Shown here: positions 19,511-20,625 of the stretch, one piece after another | How the letters are laid out: every line of letters starts with the position of its first letter | Numbering within the stretch: position 1 is the stretch's first letter | Source: Amoeboaphelidium occidentale | Lineage: Eukaryota | DNA length: 20,625 nucleotides | Assembly: GCA_023515795.1 (NCBI GenBank) | Contig: JALGPX010000033.1 | Coordinates: 62,001-82,625 of the forward strand | Direction: 5' to 3' | The notes under the pieces: generated by a model | Databases searched by the model: none | What the model was told of the DNA's origin: nothing | Seen by the model: the letters and a program-made list of their open reading frames with translations, nothing else | Program-made: the position numbers and the translations under genes

Positions 19511-19825
19511 TAATAAAGTTAAAGCAGGTGTAATTGCGAATATTGTCTAAACGAAAAATAAAATGAGCGAGGTATATATACCCCCTTTAAGAAAGCGCAT
19601 TCGCACTCCAGCTCGCAGCATGTAGACGCTTGAGCTGGAGCTCTGCGCGATAAACTCCTACCACAACATCCGTTACGAACTCAGTTTTATGCTCTTTGTT
19701 GCCAGTGCGCGCGTGCGACAAAAAAAGCTTTTTGTCTGATTGGGCTATTGTGATATTGTACAACCTTGTGGAATCTTGTCCTACACAAGCTGGCCAAGCT
19801 CTTCTTTATTTTTTACTAAATTGAT

Positions 19826-20625
19826 ATGAAATTCATCAGTGCTTTATTGTTACTGACCTCTATGGTCGAAGTTTATGCTCAGCAGGATTTTGTGAACAAA
19901 ATGGTATTAGTCAGGGGTGAACCTGTTGGCAAAACTCTTCCAGGGTATCCTGTTACTGTTCAAACTGTTGCTCAATGTAACAGATTTTGTATGCAAGCAT
20001 CGGGCTGCGTCTATGCATTGTATCGTCGATCTGTTTCTCCTCCATATAGAAGCAACTGTTGGCTAAAGGCAGATTCAGTCGTTAAGCCACAAGGCCAAGG
20101 TGTGTATTGCTTGCGTGGATTTACTTGTCGCAGCTCAAAGAAGACACCATTTCCCTCCCTGCCTCCTTCACCTACGCCTACGCCTCTTCCACCGTCAGGA
20201 CCACCTGCAGCTTTATCTGGATTTTCTTCCTTGAGTGATGTTGAGCCAGTCGGTGGTACGCTACCTGGGTTTCCGCTTTATAATTTGGATGCGTCTTCTT
20301 GTCAAGAACGTTGTAGACAAGCTGCAGACTGCAAATATGTTTTATTTAAAAGAGAACCAACTCAGAGTATTTGCTGGATTAAGCCTTCAGATTGTGAATT
20401 AAAGCCTCTTGGACAAGGTGTTATGTGCCCGAATGATGGTAGCAGTACCTGTGCAAGTTTCCAAAAGGATTCTACGGTGCAACCATCACCATCTACACCT
20501 CCTCGACCTTCACCTACGCCTCCTCCACCGTCAGGACCACCTGCAGCTTTATCTGGATTTTCTTCCTTGAGTGATGTTGAGCCAGTCGGTGGTACGCTAC
20601 CTGGGTTTCCGCTTTATAATTTGGA
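19826..20625 (+). CDS. Secreted protein with tandem PAN/Apple domains and Pro/Ser/Thr linkers (3' truncated)
   Basis: Not in the ORF track because it has no stop in the window. Signal peptide MKFISALLLLTSMVEVYA; domains CNRFCMQASGC...CWLK and CQERCRQAADC...CWIK; linkers such as PSPTPTPLPPSGPP. Confidence 0.85.
   Translation, partial: MKFISALLLLTSMVEVYAQQDFVNKMVLVRGEPVGKTLPGYPVTVQTVAQCNRFCMQASGCVYALYRRSVSPPYRSNCWLKADSVVKPQGQGVYCLRGFTCRSSKKTPFPSLPPSPTPTPLPPSGPPAALSGFSSLSDVEPVGGTLPGFPLYNLDASSCQERCRQAADCKYVLFKREPTQSICWIKPSDCELKPLGQGVMCPNDGSSTCASFQKDSTVQPSPSTPPRPSPTPPPPSGPPAALSGFSSLSDVEPVGGTLPGFPLYNL
20188..20625 (+). repeat. Intragenic direct repeat with a 336-bp (112-codon) period
   Basis: 20188-20289 is identical to 20524-20625; the window ends inside the second copy. 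Confidence 0.95.

Noticed and set aside
19650..19690. Possible SECIS element
   Set aside because: No RUGA core with a proper helix II and AA loop, and no convincing in-frame UGA selenoprotein nearby.
1..20625. Alternative genetic code, CRISPR array, prokaryotic operon or transposase
   Set aside because: TAA and TAG terminate conserved proteins at the expected positions, the interruptions are explained by introns, and no spaced repeats or transposase motifs were seen.

Overview
Very gene-dense eukaryotic DNA in the standard genetic code. It has 17 well-supported tiny spliceosomal introns of 31-43 nt and intergenic gaps as short as 20-80 bp. This fits an early-diverging fungus or fungal relative (chytrid/aphelid/cryptomycote-like), although the taxon is inferred. 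Twelve protein genes were reconstructed by hand: (1) 5' part of an Ssk2/MEKK4-type MAPKKK apparently fused to an N-terminal BRCT domain; (2) MCM10 with the C-terminal zinc domain and two GC-AG introns; (3) a CNBD-family 6TM channel lacking the GYG selectivity filter; (4) an AAAP amino-acid transporter; (5) a low-complexity hypothetical protein; (6) GPN1; (7) an ArfGAP-UBA-NPF protein; (8) a mitochondrial Ptc6-like PP2C; (9) a membrane-anchored lectin-like protein; (10) a divergent DDB1/RSE1/Mms1-like beta-propeller protein; (11) a Crinkler-like N-terminal-domain gene with two back-to-back introns; (12) a secreted PAN/Apple tandem-repeat protein that runs off the window. The most interesting items are the BRCT-MAPKKK fusion, the filter-less channel, the zero-length-exon tandem introns, and a pseudoknot-like structured element between the MAPKKK and MCM10 genes.
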